From: Rhynchobatus australiae | Lineage: Eukaryota | Reading direction: 5' to 3' | DNA: 63,989 nt | NCBI GenBank assembly: GCA_034780895.1 | Contig: JAUZTB010000027.1 | Span: 12,059,641 to 12,123,629, forward strand | Shown here: one piece after another, positions 49,346 through 61,585 of the stretch | Layout: every line of letters begins with the position of its first letter | Position numbering within the stretch: position 1 is the stretch's first letter | Notes under the pieces: model-generated | What the model saw: only the letters and a program-made list of their open reading frames with translations | Told to the model about the DNA's origin: nothing | The model's database searches: none | Program-made: the position numbers and the translations under genes

Positions 49346-50233
49346 ATGGAGAAGCCGGCGGTGCATTCGAGTCTGTGCATCCCGCGGAACTTCAGCTGCA
49401 CGGCCGGGCTCAACGGCAGCTTGGCCGAGGAATACGCCGGCTGCGGGGTGGACGGAGGGCTCGACTGTCACCCCCGGTGTCAGCAGCCGGAGAGGAGCCG
49501 AGAAGGACCCGGCAGCTGCGGCGGTCACCCCAGCCCGGGTCAACGCAGGAGGGCCAAGTCGTTGCCAGCCCCCGCCGAGCGAGGAGCCGCCTCTTTGGAG
49601 AAAGCCCCCGTCTGCCGGGCCAGCACGAAGACCGTCCGCTTCGCAGACTCCTTGGGCTTGGAGCTGACCACCATCAGGCACTTCTGCGACGCTGACATGC
49701 CCCAGATCCCGCACCGGGTCATGGCCAGGCTGAGGACGGAGCGACCCGAGCGCCTGCTCTCCGCCGACGTGATGGGCGTCCTGTTGGACGACCCAGCCCA
49801 CACCCTGCAGCCCACGTTCAGCAACCCCGTCAGCTGCCCCGGCTTCCTGGAGAGGGTCAGGAGGGACAAGGTATGCCTGGAGTCCATCTCCACCGACCAC
49901 TTCAGCCTGCTGGGGCTGATCAGGGTCTCCAACGTCGCCTACGAGAAGCAGGTGGTGGTCAGGTACACCCTCAACCAGTGGACCTCTTACGTGGACATCG
50001 GAGCCAACCACAGCGCCCACTCTGCGGACGGCCAGACCGACACTTTCTGCTTTAAACTGGTCACCCCGCTCTTCCTGGACACGGGTGGAACTCTGCAGTT
50101 CGCCGTCCGCTACTCGGTGGCCGGGCAGGAGTTCTGGGACAATAACAAAGGCCTCGACTACCAGGTAGTAAGTCACAAGGTCAAAGTCTCCCCACCCAAG
50201 GACTGGGAGAACGGCTGGATTCACTTCATATGA
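49346..50233 (+). CDS. Protein phosphatase 1 glycogen-targeting regulatory subunit, PPP1R3D/PPP1R3E-like (RVxF + CBM21), 295 aa
   Basis: ATG in tccATGG context at 49346. IPRNFSC N-terminal motif, RRAKSLP, PP1-docking KTVRFADSLGLEL, CBM21 motifs GLIRVSNVAYEKQVVVRYT and FAVRY...EFWDNNKGLDY, and the C-terminal WIHFI typical of PPP1R3D/E. Lies in a CpG island. Possible acceptors at 49272 and 49281. Confidence 0.93.
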   Translation: MEKPAVHSSLCIPRNFSCTAGLNGSLAEEYAGCGVDGGLDCHPRCQQPERSREGPGSCGGHPSPGQRRRAKSLPAPAERGAASLEKAPVCRASTKTVRFADSLGLELTTIRHFCDADMPQIPHRVMARLRTERPERLLSADVMGVLLDDPAHTLQPTFSNPVSCPGFLERVRRDKVCLESISTDHFSLLGLIRVSNVAYEKQVVVRYTLNQWTSYVDIGANHSAHSADGQTDTFCFKLVTPLFLDTGGTLQFAVRYSVAGQEFWDNNKGLDYQVVSHKVKVSPPKDWENGWIHFI

Positions 50234-53200
50234 ATCAAAAAGGAGAAAAGTTTCTTCACCGCGTCTGGGACGGTGGTGTTTGAGAGTCACATCCGGCCCT
50301 TCTCGTCTCCTGCGAGGTTTCGGTTTCTGTTTGAAGGTATTCAGTCGTGGGACCACCTTGAAAATTGGAAATTCTCCTGAACTGCTTCCGTTCAGTGTTT
50401 GTGGCGGGGGAACGTTGGTCTCGGTCACTGTAAGCCATAAGTTCAGTTTCAGTTCTGAGGTTGGGAGTGTCGGAGCTCTCTGTATGATCAGGTGTACATG
50501 AGTAGAAATCACCGACCTGCCGCGTTAATTTTTTGCCTCGGTCGCCACGGAGGCTGCCCGACCTGCTGAGTATGTGCAGCATTTTGTGTTTTAGTTAACC
50601 TGAGCAGTAAACGGGTGTAAGGGAAACCTGAAAGATTAACAATGCGAGACTACTTAAACAGCCACAGGGAGAGAGGTGGGGGCGGCTCATTTTCATCAAA
50701 ATTCCAAACTTGATCCTTGTTATAAACCCCTTTTTAAGTGCACTTTTAAGTTTCCAAATGGCACTTTTTGATTGACTGCTTGATCAGAGATTAATATAGC
50801 TAATTCCTAAGACTAGTACCATCTTTAGAAAAAAAACAATGATTCTGGATAACCTTTCCATCACTTCTGCAAACACATTGTAAGTGTACGTGCCACTTGC
50901 AACAAATGAATGCAGGCATCCATTGACTCCTGCCCCTTCCCAAAGCAAGGTTGCATTATCTGTCAATGCTTCAACGCGGTGACCAGAATAACTTTTCAGA
51001 ACTGATAAGGGTGCTAACGACAGAGGGCCAGGCGAGTTGCTTATTATGGTCTTTGGGAGGTTCGGGCAAAGGGAGTGGGACACGGATGACTTCTCTTTGG
51101 ACGAAGTGTAATCGAACCGAGTTCACTACCAGGGAGCGCAGTTGAGGTGTATGTAACGAAATGGTTGAAGTATCACCCTGAGCATCGTATGCTCAGAGAT
51201 CTGACAAGGATGAAGCCAAGGGATCTGATTAAGCATTGTTCTCTTTCTTAAAAAAAATACTGCAAAAGATATAAAAGAGTATATTTAAAGAATTCTGTAA
51301 TAACTAAATGTCTCTGGACAAGTTTTAGAGTTGTGTGAAAGCGTGCCTAGGTGGTGGGGAAGACGAAAGAAACACTGTGCACTATGACCAAAAGTTAGGT
51401 ATTCTCTTTATATTTAGATTTCATTCATTTGTTCTTTAAAATATAAATCTTTTGAAGCCCTTGTTTAAACCACAAAGCAAAGATGGACTTTAGCATCAGC
51501 ATTAGCTTATTTTCAACAGTAACATCTCATATTGCAAATTTTAAGCTTGGTGATGCAACTTGAAGCTCAATCAGGATGGTTTACTTTGAAGGTGTATCAA
51601 ATTGTTAGCTTTGTGGAGGATGGCCCATTTATTTTATTCTTACCGTTTACTATGTATACATTCTGCTTGGCAATCTGATTAGTGTGCCTATTTAAATATC
51701 CTCTGGTAATTTTGTGAATGAAATATTTCTTTGAAATGAAAGTAGTACCCTTGTGGTTAGGATACAAAATTGCTCCCAGTACGGCAAAAATGCTGTTCTT
51801 AGTTGGCCATTGGGAGACGAAGAAGGTGTGCCTGGTGTAGACCATATTGGATGTGACCAAATCCCATCTTCCCTTTCTTATCCACTAGCCAGAATTTCTG
51901 GAATTAAAGTACTAGTCCATTGGTTCCCAGTAGAGCAATTTCATGCACCCCTCTCCTCAGCTCCTTTCTCCTGGCTCTGCAAAATTATTGTCAGAAGTGA
52001 ATATTAATTTCCCATTTGAAACTGCAGATTGGTTCTGTTTCCATCATCAGTACAGGCAGTGAGGTCCAGATCGTCATCATTTGCTTCATGGTTTTCCTAA
52101 TATTCCCTAGGATCTTCCATCGATCATCTTAAAACTCTCACCACTCCTTGAACCTGCTCCCCTCTATCTGAACCACAATTTGCTACCCCTCTGATAAATC
52201 TCAAATTTCATTGCCTTAAACAGAACCATCCCAGCTTCTCCAATTTAACCCAGTAATTGAAATCCTTTATCCTGTGGAGCCATCATTAAAAGTTTCACTT
52301 GGTACATTTTCCTGGCCACTTTTTAAAAATTTATCTTTTGAGCAACATGTACATTATATGGAATTTAATGCATTATGTCAGACTGTCAGCCATGCGGTGT
52401 GAGGCAATCATTTGCTGACCACATGAAGATTAGAACTTACTGAATTTGGGAAATTCTGAAAATTTGGAATGAACCAGAAGTAGACAGAATGCAGACCAGT
52501 AGGATGGTGAAGATGTTGGGTTTTGATTAAGCCCAAGGAGCCTCCCATGTCAATTTGAGTAGATAAAACACATATACTTCAACACTTGTAAGGAGAAGTG
52601 ATTTTTGAATTTTGTAATTACTNNNNNNNNNNNNNNNNNNNNNNNNNNNNNNNNNNNNNNNNNNNNNNNNNNNNNNNNNNNNNNNNNNNNNNGTGAGCTG
52701 TGGTGAGACTGGAGAAACCCACATTGTTGTTCCTGCAACCGGGAAAATTGAAGGGTGACTTCAAATTTCTGACACGTGTGCCGGGCAAAACTATTTCCAC
52801 TGACAGGTGGGCTGGTAATTAGCTACAAAAACGTGCAGTAAGCTACCATGTCTGGAATGCACAGGCTGAAGCCACATTCAAAGGTGACTTAAAAGAAAGG
52901 ATGAGAAAAACTTCAGGGCTTTGGGAAGAAAATATTGGAACAGGACTAACTCCATAGCCATCACAAGTAGGATGGGCCAAATGGCCCCCTCTCATTTGTG
53001 TGCTCTTTTCTATGACAATATAAACGTTTGTAATTTTTACTGTAACTAATTTTAAGGATTGTGTCAGCACGGAACAAGTGGGCTATTTCCACAGAGTTGC
53101 TTCACTTGATATGTTATTTTTTTAAAGCGGTTTCCTAAAAAAGATCCTTTATTTTGTCAACCAAACAAGGAAAAATATGCAAGCTTTATCTGGGAATATA

Positions 53201-56200
53201 TTTGATTAGAGGGGAATACTCATAACCCAGTGCATGTACTGGTATTGTTCTGCATAGCTCCTGTGCTGTGTTGCTGCAGATTAGTGTTAACATTTTTAGT
53301 TGTGGCTGTATTCGTGCTGTGAAATGTAATGTGTTCATATTGTTTAAAGCCTGAGCAGTTTTGAAGATTAGAAGGGACTCCTTTTCATTGTCCTGTACAA
53401 AGTAAACCATCAAACTGAAATTACTGGTGGTATTGTCCTGCTGAGTAATGTTTCCATAAATTATGTTGAAAGCTGAAGTTCGGGGAAACTTGCCCATTTG
53501 TTTCATGTTGTTTCTGGTGTATGAGGAAACCTGAAAGATATTGGCACACCCTTAAACTGTGCTCTAATCTTGGGCTCCCTTTTCCTGTGATTTCCACTTC
53601 TTCACTGTTCAAACTTCCAGAGAACAGTCTCTACTGTAGATTGTATTCAGACTGATGTTTCTTTAAAGTGTGGTCATGGTGCATACTGATTTATGACTTG
53701 GGTGCCTTTGGATGTTCTGTAGCAATCACTTTAAGCTTTAAAGTTTCATGTGAAAGGGAAAGTAAAATTGCCAAAGTTTAGAAGTAGCCATTAAAATTCT
53801 TGACAATGGTTGCAATGTTTGAAGAAGGAAGATGATCCAATGCATGTGCCATATCTAATATTTATATGTCTCAAAAAGGACAGAAACGGGCCATAGAAGC
53901 TTTTATTAATCTCATTGTAGGAATGGAAGCAGGAATAGGCCAAATGGCCCCTCAGACCTGCTCTGCCATTCAGGAAGACTGTGGCTGATCCAGTGGGCCT
54001 CCAGGCCATTTTCCTGCTTCATTGATGCGTGCCTGTGCTCTATTTTCCTGCTTCATTGCTGTGTGCTCTAATCCTCTTGCTGTCCAAACATTTATCAAGC
54101 TTAGCCTTGAACATAAACACCTGGGCATCTGAGAATGAAATTTGCCACACTTTGTGCTCTCATCTCAGTCCTAAACCCTTTATCCTGAAATAATGCCCTC
54201 AAATAACTCAAAGAAACACCCTCCTGGCATCCACCCTGTTAGAGGTCTACTCACACACAGTTAAAACCCGATTGAGCATAGCAGATCCAACCCCACCCAA
54301 CCATTGCTGTAAATATAACACACTCAAATGTGCCATTGATCTGGTTCTGGGTGAAACACTAAATATAGATTGCCTGAGCAGATCTTCCTGACTCGGATAA
54401 AGTACTGAGCAAGTCTGGTGAGGCCCAACCCAACTTCAGCATATTATTGGAATAAACACTGGACCTGACCTGACCCACACCCAACATGTATAGACTGGTC
54501 TCATTGGGTGGCTGCACTGAGAAACGAGAGTCTAGGCCAATCCTTTCTTTCATAGCAATCAAGTGATAGGGTTTTAGTTACGTAGTAGTGTTGCAATGAC
54601 TATATGGAAATGTTTATCATTTCTGAAACTCCAATTGCCCATTGTCACTATCTTCTTTCTTCCTGTTTTAATGGGAACTATAGTACAACATTTTCATTTA
54701 TCAAAACATTTCACCTCTGCTACTTTTTTCCATCAACAACAGGTGGGTATTAGTTGGCATAATAGAAGAATCTACCTTACCACAGCCACTATAAGAAGGT
54801 GATTGTGATGTAATTGTATTGCACTGTAATTTCACATTTTAAATCCACAATTTATATTGGAAAATCACTTTACTATTTCTGTGCTATTAATACCTTGTTT
54901 AGTTTAACCAGTGAATAGCTAAGCCACATAAATCAGAAAGATCCCAGGTGACCTCTAGTCTGTGCTAAATTATGCTGGAGGTGAAGGTCACCTTTTAGTT
55001 ATTCTACTGGGAGGTGTTGAATGATAACTATGCCTTTCTTAGTTAAATAGTTTCTTGCTCTGCTATCCACTTGAGGGAATACCTGCACACAATTGTATTT
55101 TCATATGAAAGTGAGCCCAAGGTTAGTCCGTACATTGATGGAGCAGAGAAATTGGAGAAATGAAACCAACCTGGATTCTCAACTTAAAAGAAATGTTTTA
55201 CTTTTTCCATTTCCATGCAGTAATGTAAAAAATCATGTAAATCTTTAGCAAACTGGCATCACGTATTTCAGTTGCTTTCAGCAGTGAACACCACTTATTC
55301 TGAGTAGGTCTGGTGCTGTTTAACTAATCGACAATTCATGGATTTCAAACCTCATTCAGTTGTGTAACAACCTCTACCTGAGTTATCTATATGTGAGGCT
55401 TCTGTGAAAGGTGCCAAGATATTATACAGAATTATAACATCACAGAAAGAGATCACTGGGGCAATCGTGTCCACACCAGCTCTTGCTGAGCGAGCTCTCG
55501 CTCTTTCTCTCTCTCACCTTCTTCCACTGGGTCGTGCAAATTATTTTTCCCTCCAGTACCCATCCATTCTTCTTTGAAACCTCTGACTCTATTTCCATCA
55601 TCCTAACTTCAGTGAGTTCTGGAGCATAACCAATTCCTGTGTTTAAAAGAAATTCCCCTTTTATCTTTTGTCCATTCTTTACATTCAGTGTCCCCTGTCC
55701 TTCAACCAACTGATAGTGGGAAGAGGTTCCCTATAAATCCTTAAGAGTATTCAATAAGATTCCTCTTTTTCAATGCCCTCTTCAGATTTCAAACTTGCAC
55801 ATTAAAGTATATCCCCTGTATGTTTAAGTGGTAGACTGCAGAAGAGTGTACGTTCAAAATTATAGGAATGCTGTTCACACACAGTGGTGGAATGTTGTTC
55901 ACACATTCATGATTCTAGTGTATGAAACCATAGAAGAAAACTTCCCTACTGTTATCTTGGCATTAATTTCAGACAAGACATCACCCCCCCAGTCTATTGT
56001 AGAGTAGAAAAGGAGATAACAAAGGGTAATTAAGGGACACAACAAATCCATTGACAGCTCCTATTCTGAAAGATATTTTTGGGCCAGTATGTGCAATTGT
56101 ACTTAAGGACTGCAGAGCTTCCTCCAAATGGAGAGGCAGCAGAGACTGTCTAAAATAAACACAGACAGCAGATAAAAAACCAGAGAAAGTAAGATGAGAA

Positions 56201-57564
56201 AATGTGCATTATCTTATCCAGCAATTTATAAAATTACTTCTTCCCATTGGGAATTTAAAATGTGTTGTAATGTTTTGCTGTGATAAATGTATTTTTACAT
56301 GGATGTAAAAAATTGAATCTATTTTTACAAATTAAACATCATGAGTTGTATTGAATACACAATTTCTGTCAAACTTGACTTTACCGTTCAGGATTCACTA
56401 TTATGTGTGTGTCTTGAAAAATGCAGTCTCTTTTGACTCATTTTAATTTTTTGAAGTCACTGTTTACCCTAGTGCAATTTGCATTTTCCACCCCATTACG
56501 TAATGGCAGAGTTGGCATTTGTTTCCAGATTCTGATAGACAAGCCATGGGACATTAATAACATGGACTTAAAGTTTACCTATATCAGCCTCCCTCTGTGC
56601 AGCTAGCAATCCTTATCTTTTTTTATTCTGACAGGATGTCCATAATTAATATAGGGTTTTTTTTCCGCTTGGCAATAAAAGTAGTGAATTACCAATGCCA
56701 AAAAAAATGAGTCAGTTTGCACAGACTAAATTTCTTTGATATCAACATTAGGATCTTCAGGGAGAATTATCAGATGACGATCGCTGAGGGTTTCCAGAAA
56801 ACTGTTCTGCCTACATGTATCATTTCTTTCTTGATGTATTGTCGTAAGCTATTTTTAAATGCACCAGTATTATAAACATGTTCAGTGAAACTGCTTGTAA
56901 GCTTTTACATATTCCCTGGTTTGCTGAATTCAGGATACTTTTCTGGTATTTCCAATTTGACCTTCTTTTGGAAGGTGCATTAAGGGTTTCTTCAGCTTTT
57001 GAGATTTTGTCATGACCTGTATTGGTGCAATAGTATATCTGTGAACTATGCAATATTAAACTCAATTGGTTATTAGTTCTATCAGATCTGTCAAAGTATT
57101 TTAGTAGAATATAGGTATATCGAATTCTTGTTGTTTCTAGACAATCTCTTCAGTCTGTGTGGTACATGTCTGATCTGTGTGTGATTCAGGTGACTACTAT
57201 TTGTATGTCAATGTGTCTGCATGTTGTTCCATGTTAAGAAGTGTAAACCTGTTATCAAAATGTGCTTTATAATGGTACAAAATAGTTTTGTCATATTGTG
57301 TCAGTTTGAAAGGAATGATTTCTGTATTGACCTTTTATACCTGCAATGTTCAGTTTGTAGTCAAATATTCTGTACTTAATGCAGTAAATCTTGGCTAACA
57401 ATTGCATCCTGTGTAAGGGTCAATATGGTTTGATTACAGGAACCAAACTTGTCCATTGACTAATCCAGGCCAAGTTGACTGTATACAAAATGGTATTACT
57501 GTATTTTCTATTTGTTAACCTTGCTTTGTGAAAACATTGCTTTATATTTTTGTACTTTGATGTC

Positions 57565-57570
57565 AATAAA
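57565..57570 (+). terminator. Candidate distal polyadenylation signal (PPP1R3-like 3' UTR)
   Basis: AATAAA ending an AU/U-rich, repeat-poor block (~56200-57570) containing TGTA motifs. No other plus-strand CDS lies between it and the PPP1R3-like stop. Confidence 0.4.
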
Positions 57571-58809
57571 ATTCTATATTGCACTTCTAGCTATGAGTAT
57601 TTACTTTAACATTGACTGTTGCCTTTAAGTAAAGATGAAGGAATTCTTTAAGTTCCAGGAACTTGTTCAGTTAATTTCCACTTGGAGTGTACCCAAAACT
57701 AGTTAATCCATCTCCAAAATCTTCTTTAAAAAAAATCTGAGAAGTCCATTATCTCGTCCAAGGAGGTGGTGAGAAATATATTGTGGAAGGGCAAATGTTA
57801 GCTGTGGGAACTCTTGGTGATNNNNNNNNNNNNNNNNNNNNNNNNNNNNNNNNNNNNNNNNNNNNNNNNNNNNNNNNNNNNNNNNNNNNNNNNNNNNNNN
57901 NNNNNNNNNNNNNNNNNNNNNAGTTTGGATAGGTGCATGGACGAGAGAGAGGGAGGGGTAAGGTAAAGGTGCAGGTAGATGTGACTTGGCAGAAAACCAG
58001 ACTGGCATGGACTAGATGGAGTGAAGAGCCTGCTTCTGTGCTGTAGTTCTCTGATTCTAAGTCAGTTTGCATTAGTTCCCAGTGTTGCTGTGACCCTGTG
58101 GTCATGGTTCAAAGAGAGCAGCATGTCAAAAATAAACTCTAGGGTGAACAATGGAAAATGTTGTAACTCTTGGTGATCTGGTTGAACGCTTTAACCAAAC
58201 AGCATCAATTTTGCTTTGATGCCTCCCTTCCCCATTACCTCAGACCCCTGACATGGTGTGATACCCCACCTACATTCACTAACTGGCCTTCCAATGCCCA
58301 CTTGAGTGAGTCATTGAAGAGCAATGTGTGACCGTGAACTGGTCTTCAGCTATAGCACAGGAAAGGGGACATTTAGTGTGGGAGAAATAAACACCCACCA
58401 CTTCCCATTAATCTAACAACATTTATGAAACATGTCTGTTTATTCTGTACATTGTAATATTCATAAGATGGATCTATAGCTCTGTGGGTTGCACTGAGTC
58501 AGTCTGTTGTGGATTTGAGTTTCATTCTAGATGAGCATTTTAAAAAATCTAGGTTTTAGTTCCAGTGCATTATTAAGGGAGTGCTGCGTTGTTGAAGGTG
58601 TTTTCATGGGATGTTAAACCAAAGACGAAAACAAAACCCTGCAGGTACTGGAAATCTAAAATAAACAGAACGTGCTGGAAATAGNNNNNNNNNNNNNNNN
58701 NNNNNNNNNNNNNNNNNNNNNNNNNNNNNNNNNNNNNNNNNNNNNNNNNNNNNNNNNNNNNNNNNNNNNNNNNNNNNNNNNNNNNNNNNNNNNNNNNNNN
58801 NNNNNNNAG

Positions 58810-59160
58810 CATAAATAGAATGAAAGGGTGGGGATCAGGTGAGGCCAGTGCCGGATGTTGGAGAGTAGTGAAGGCTTCTCAATCACAGCTGATCTGTCTG
58901 AAGGAGGTGGAAGAGGTCCTAGAATTAGGGTAAGGGGTAAGAGATTTGGAGGGGAGCTGAGAGGGACCATTCCCACCCAGAGAACAGAGAGTACCTGGAG
59001 TACACTGAGAGAGTGGCAGAAACAGAGTCACTGACAACGTTTTAAGAAGTGTCTGGACGAGCACTTAACCTAGATGCAGAAGGTTCTGGGCCTAGTGCTG
59101 GAAGAGGGGACTAATATGGATAGGAGCCCAGAGGTCAGCATGGATGCCGTGTTTCTGTGA
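58810..59160 (+). mobile_element. Old CR1-clade 3' fragment
   Basis: gaattagggtaaggggtaagagatttggaggggagctgagagggacc..cccacccagag...acaacgttttaagaagtgtctggacgagcactt resembles the other CR1 3' ends. Confidence 0.6.
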
Positions 59161-59930
59161 CCCTATTTGGGTGCATTGTCAAAATTCCCGCAGCATTTCT
59201 CGGAAGATAAACCAGAGTGTTATCTTGGTGTAAAATCAGAAAACATTGTAAGTGCTCAGCGGGTTAGGAAGCAGATCACTGAGAACAGAAATGCCTACAT
59301 CCGCTCCTCTCTCCAGATTTCCATTTTGGCTTTTATCTTGTTCTCCGCTGTCCTTGTTCATCGCCTTTCATTTACATCTCCTCCAGGCAGACGAGCTGCA
59401 ATTAACCAACCCTCACCCTCTCTCGGCAGCAATGATCTGTGACGTTCATTTTCTCTTGATCTTCTAAAGACCTTCTGTTCTCTCTACCCCACCTCTTTCT
59501 CTGCAAAATGCCTGTTTTCTAACTTTTCCACAAGTTCCTTGAATTGAAATGTTAACTTTGTTTCCTTTCCCACCCCCTACCCACACCACCCCAGGTGCTG
59601 CCTGATTTGCTGAGTATTTACAGCATTGTCTGTGTTTACTTCAGATATCCAGCTTCAGTATTTTTTTTGTTTTCCAAGTTCTCCCCAGTGTCCTGGCTGA
59701 TATTTATTCCTCAATCAATGTTGCAAAAATAATTGTTTGGTATCTTTTTTTTTGTGGGAGCTTGCAATGTGCAAATTAGTTGCAGTGATTCCTACAACAG
59801 CTTCAAAAATGTTTCACTGTCAAGAGTAAAGTAGTCACTAGAAATTCTGCAGATGCTGGAATCTGGAGAAACGCACACAAAGTGCTGGAAGAACTCAGCG
59901 GGTCAGGCAGCANNNNNNNNNNCAAATAAA

Positions 59931-59968
59931 CAGTCGACGTTTCAGGTCGAGACACTTCACCAGGACTC
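59931..59968 (-). ncRNA. Minimal type I hammerhead ribozyme motif (degenerate) in a Penelope-like terminus
   Basis: The minus strand reads GAGTC-CTGGTGA-AGTGTCTCGACCT-GAAAC-GTC-GACTG: stem I AGTC/GACT, CUGANGA box with one substitution, stem II, intact GAAAC-GUC cleavage site. Confidence 0.65.
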
Positions 59969-60329
59969 CATAACATGGATCTGGTTTTAGTGCTGTCTAT
60001 GACTATAAACTAGCTCAACCCTCTTTCACAGTTAATTTTGGTCACTTTTTGTGTAGGAATCAGATTTGGCTTCAGCGCTAAATACGGTCATATTTTAGCA
60101 CCAAAAGGATGCAATCCAATGTAATAGATTGCACCTTCTTTGTGCATTAAAATGTTGTGTTTAACACTAATGCTAAATTAGGTTCCTGTAAAATAAAATA
60201 TCCAAAATCTAGTATGAGAGTTAGGGTAGTAACCAGCCAGCAACCAGCAGTAAAAGGGGACTAAACATTATTTCCAAGGGGACCAATGGGGAAATGACTA
60301 CTTTATAACTAACGTGCAGTGAGAAAGTA

Positions 60330-61414
60330 TTAACTATTGCAAGGTTTTAGGGAATGGTGTTTATAATTTCTATAAAAGTTGAAAGTGATTTAATTCAATC
60401 CAAAGCAAGGGTGCCAAGTTTGAAATAGAGGCATGGGTTAACTATAATCATTTGGGAAACAACATTAAAAGGTATGATAGTGAACAAAGAATGACCAATG
60501 TTTGACGAATTAGCACGTAGTTTGTCAGTCACATATCTGCCTTCAGGGCAAAAAAAAACTAACAGGAAAAGGGATCTGCTGTGGCTATCAGAGGAAGTTA
60601 AAGAAAGTACTAGATTAAAGGAAAAGTCTTAGAATGTTACCAAAAATACAGTAAGCCTGAAGAGTGGGAAATTTTGAAAATACTGCAAAAAGCACAATAT
60701 TTCATTTTTTAAAAAGAAAGTAAAATTTAAGAGTAGTCTGGCAAGAAATATAAAACCACAGACAGTCAGAGCACATACAGTATAGATAATATTGATTGGA
60801 ATGGAGCAGCTAAAGTTAATATGGGTCCCTTGCAGACTGAGACAAACTAAGTTACACTGCAGAAGAAGGAAATGGCAGGGAAGTTGATGTTTTGGCAGCA
60901 TTCACAGAAGAAGACACTGAAAACCTTCCAGAAATAGTGGGACCCTGTAGGCATAGAGTGAATGATGAACTCAGAGAAATCAGGAGTTGTTAAAAAAAAG
61001 TATTAGAGAAGTTAATGGAACTAAAAGCTGATAAATCCCCAGGACTTGATAACCAGGGTTTTGATGGTGGCAGTCGAGATAATGGTCATCTTCCATATTT
61101 CCAAGGGCTCTAGAATGGTTTCCACAGATTGGAAGGTAACAAATGTAACATCACTATTGAAGAAAGGAAGCAGAGGTAAAATGGGGATCTTCAAACCAGT
61201 AAACCTGAAATCGTAAGCTGGGAAAATGTGAGAATCTATTATTGAGGAAGTGGTAACAGGCTGCCTGGAAAATGACAACAGGAATGGTCAGAGTTGATTG
61301 AGTTTATGTAAAAGAAACTGTCTGACAGATCTGTTTTTGAAGCTGCAAGGAGCAAAATAGATAAAGGCAAACCAGCTGATGTGATGACTTTGGACTTTCA
61401 GAAAGCTTTCAATA
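60330..61414 (+). mobile_element. Decayed CR1-clade LINE ORF2 (RT N-terminal region)
   Basis: Remnant peptides LKADKSPGLD, DWKVTNVTSLLKKG, PVNL and DVMTLDFQKAF, with frameshifts and stops. Confidence 0.78.
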
Positions 61415-61585
61415 ATTAGTTTATTATTGTCACAGTGGAAAACTTAGTTTTGTAAGCCATCCATGCAGATCACTTCAGAACATAAATACAGTGAAGTAGT
61501 ACAAGGGGAAAGCAATAACAGAATGCAGAATACAGTGTTACAGTTACAGAGAAAGTGCAGTGCAGGTAGACAAATAGGTGCAAAG
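61415..61585 (-). mobile_element. LINE 3' end (Rex1/Babar-like), same family as 3462-3745
   Basis: Reverse complement of tttgcacc.attgtctacctgcactg.actttctctgta.ctgt...ctgcattctgt.attg.tttcccttgt. Confidence 0.65.

Noticed and set aside
49337-50512. 391-aa antisense ORF overlapping the PPP1R3-like CDS
   Set aside because: Shadow ORF expected from GC3-rich codon usage on the opposite strand. It has a non-ATG start and no recognisable motif.
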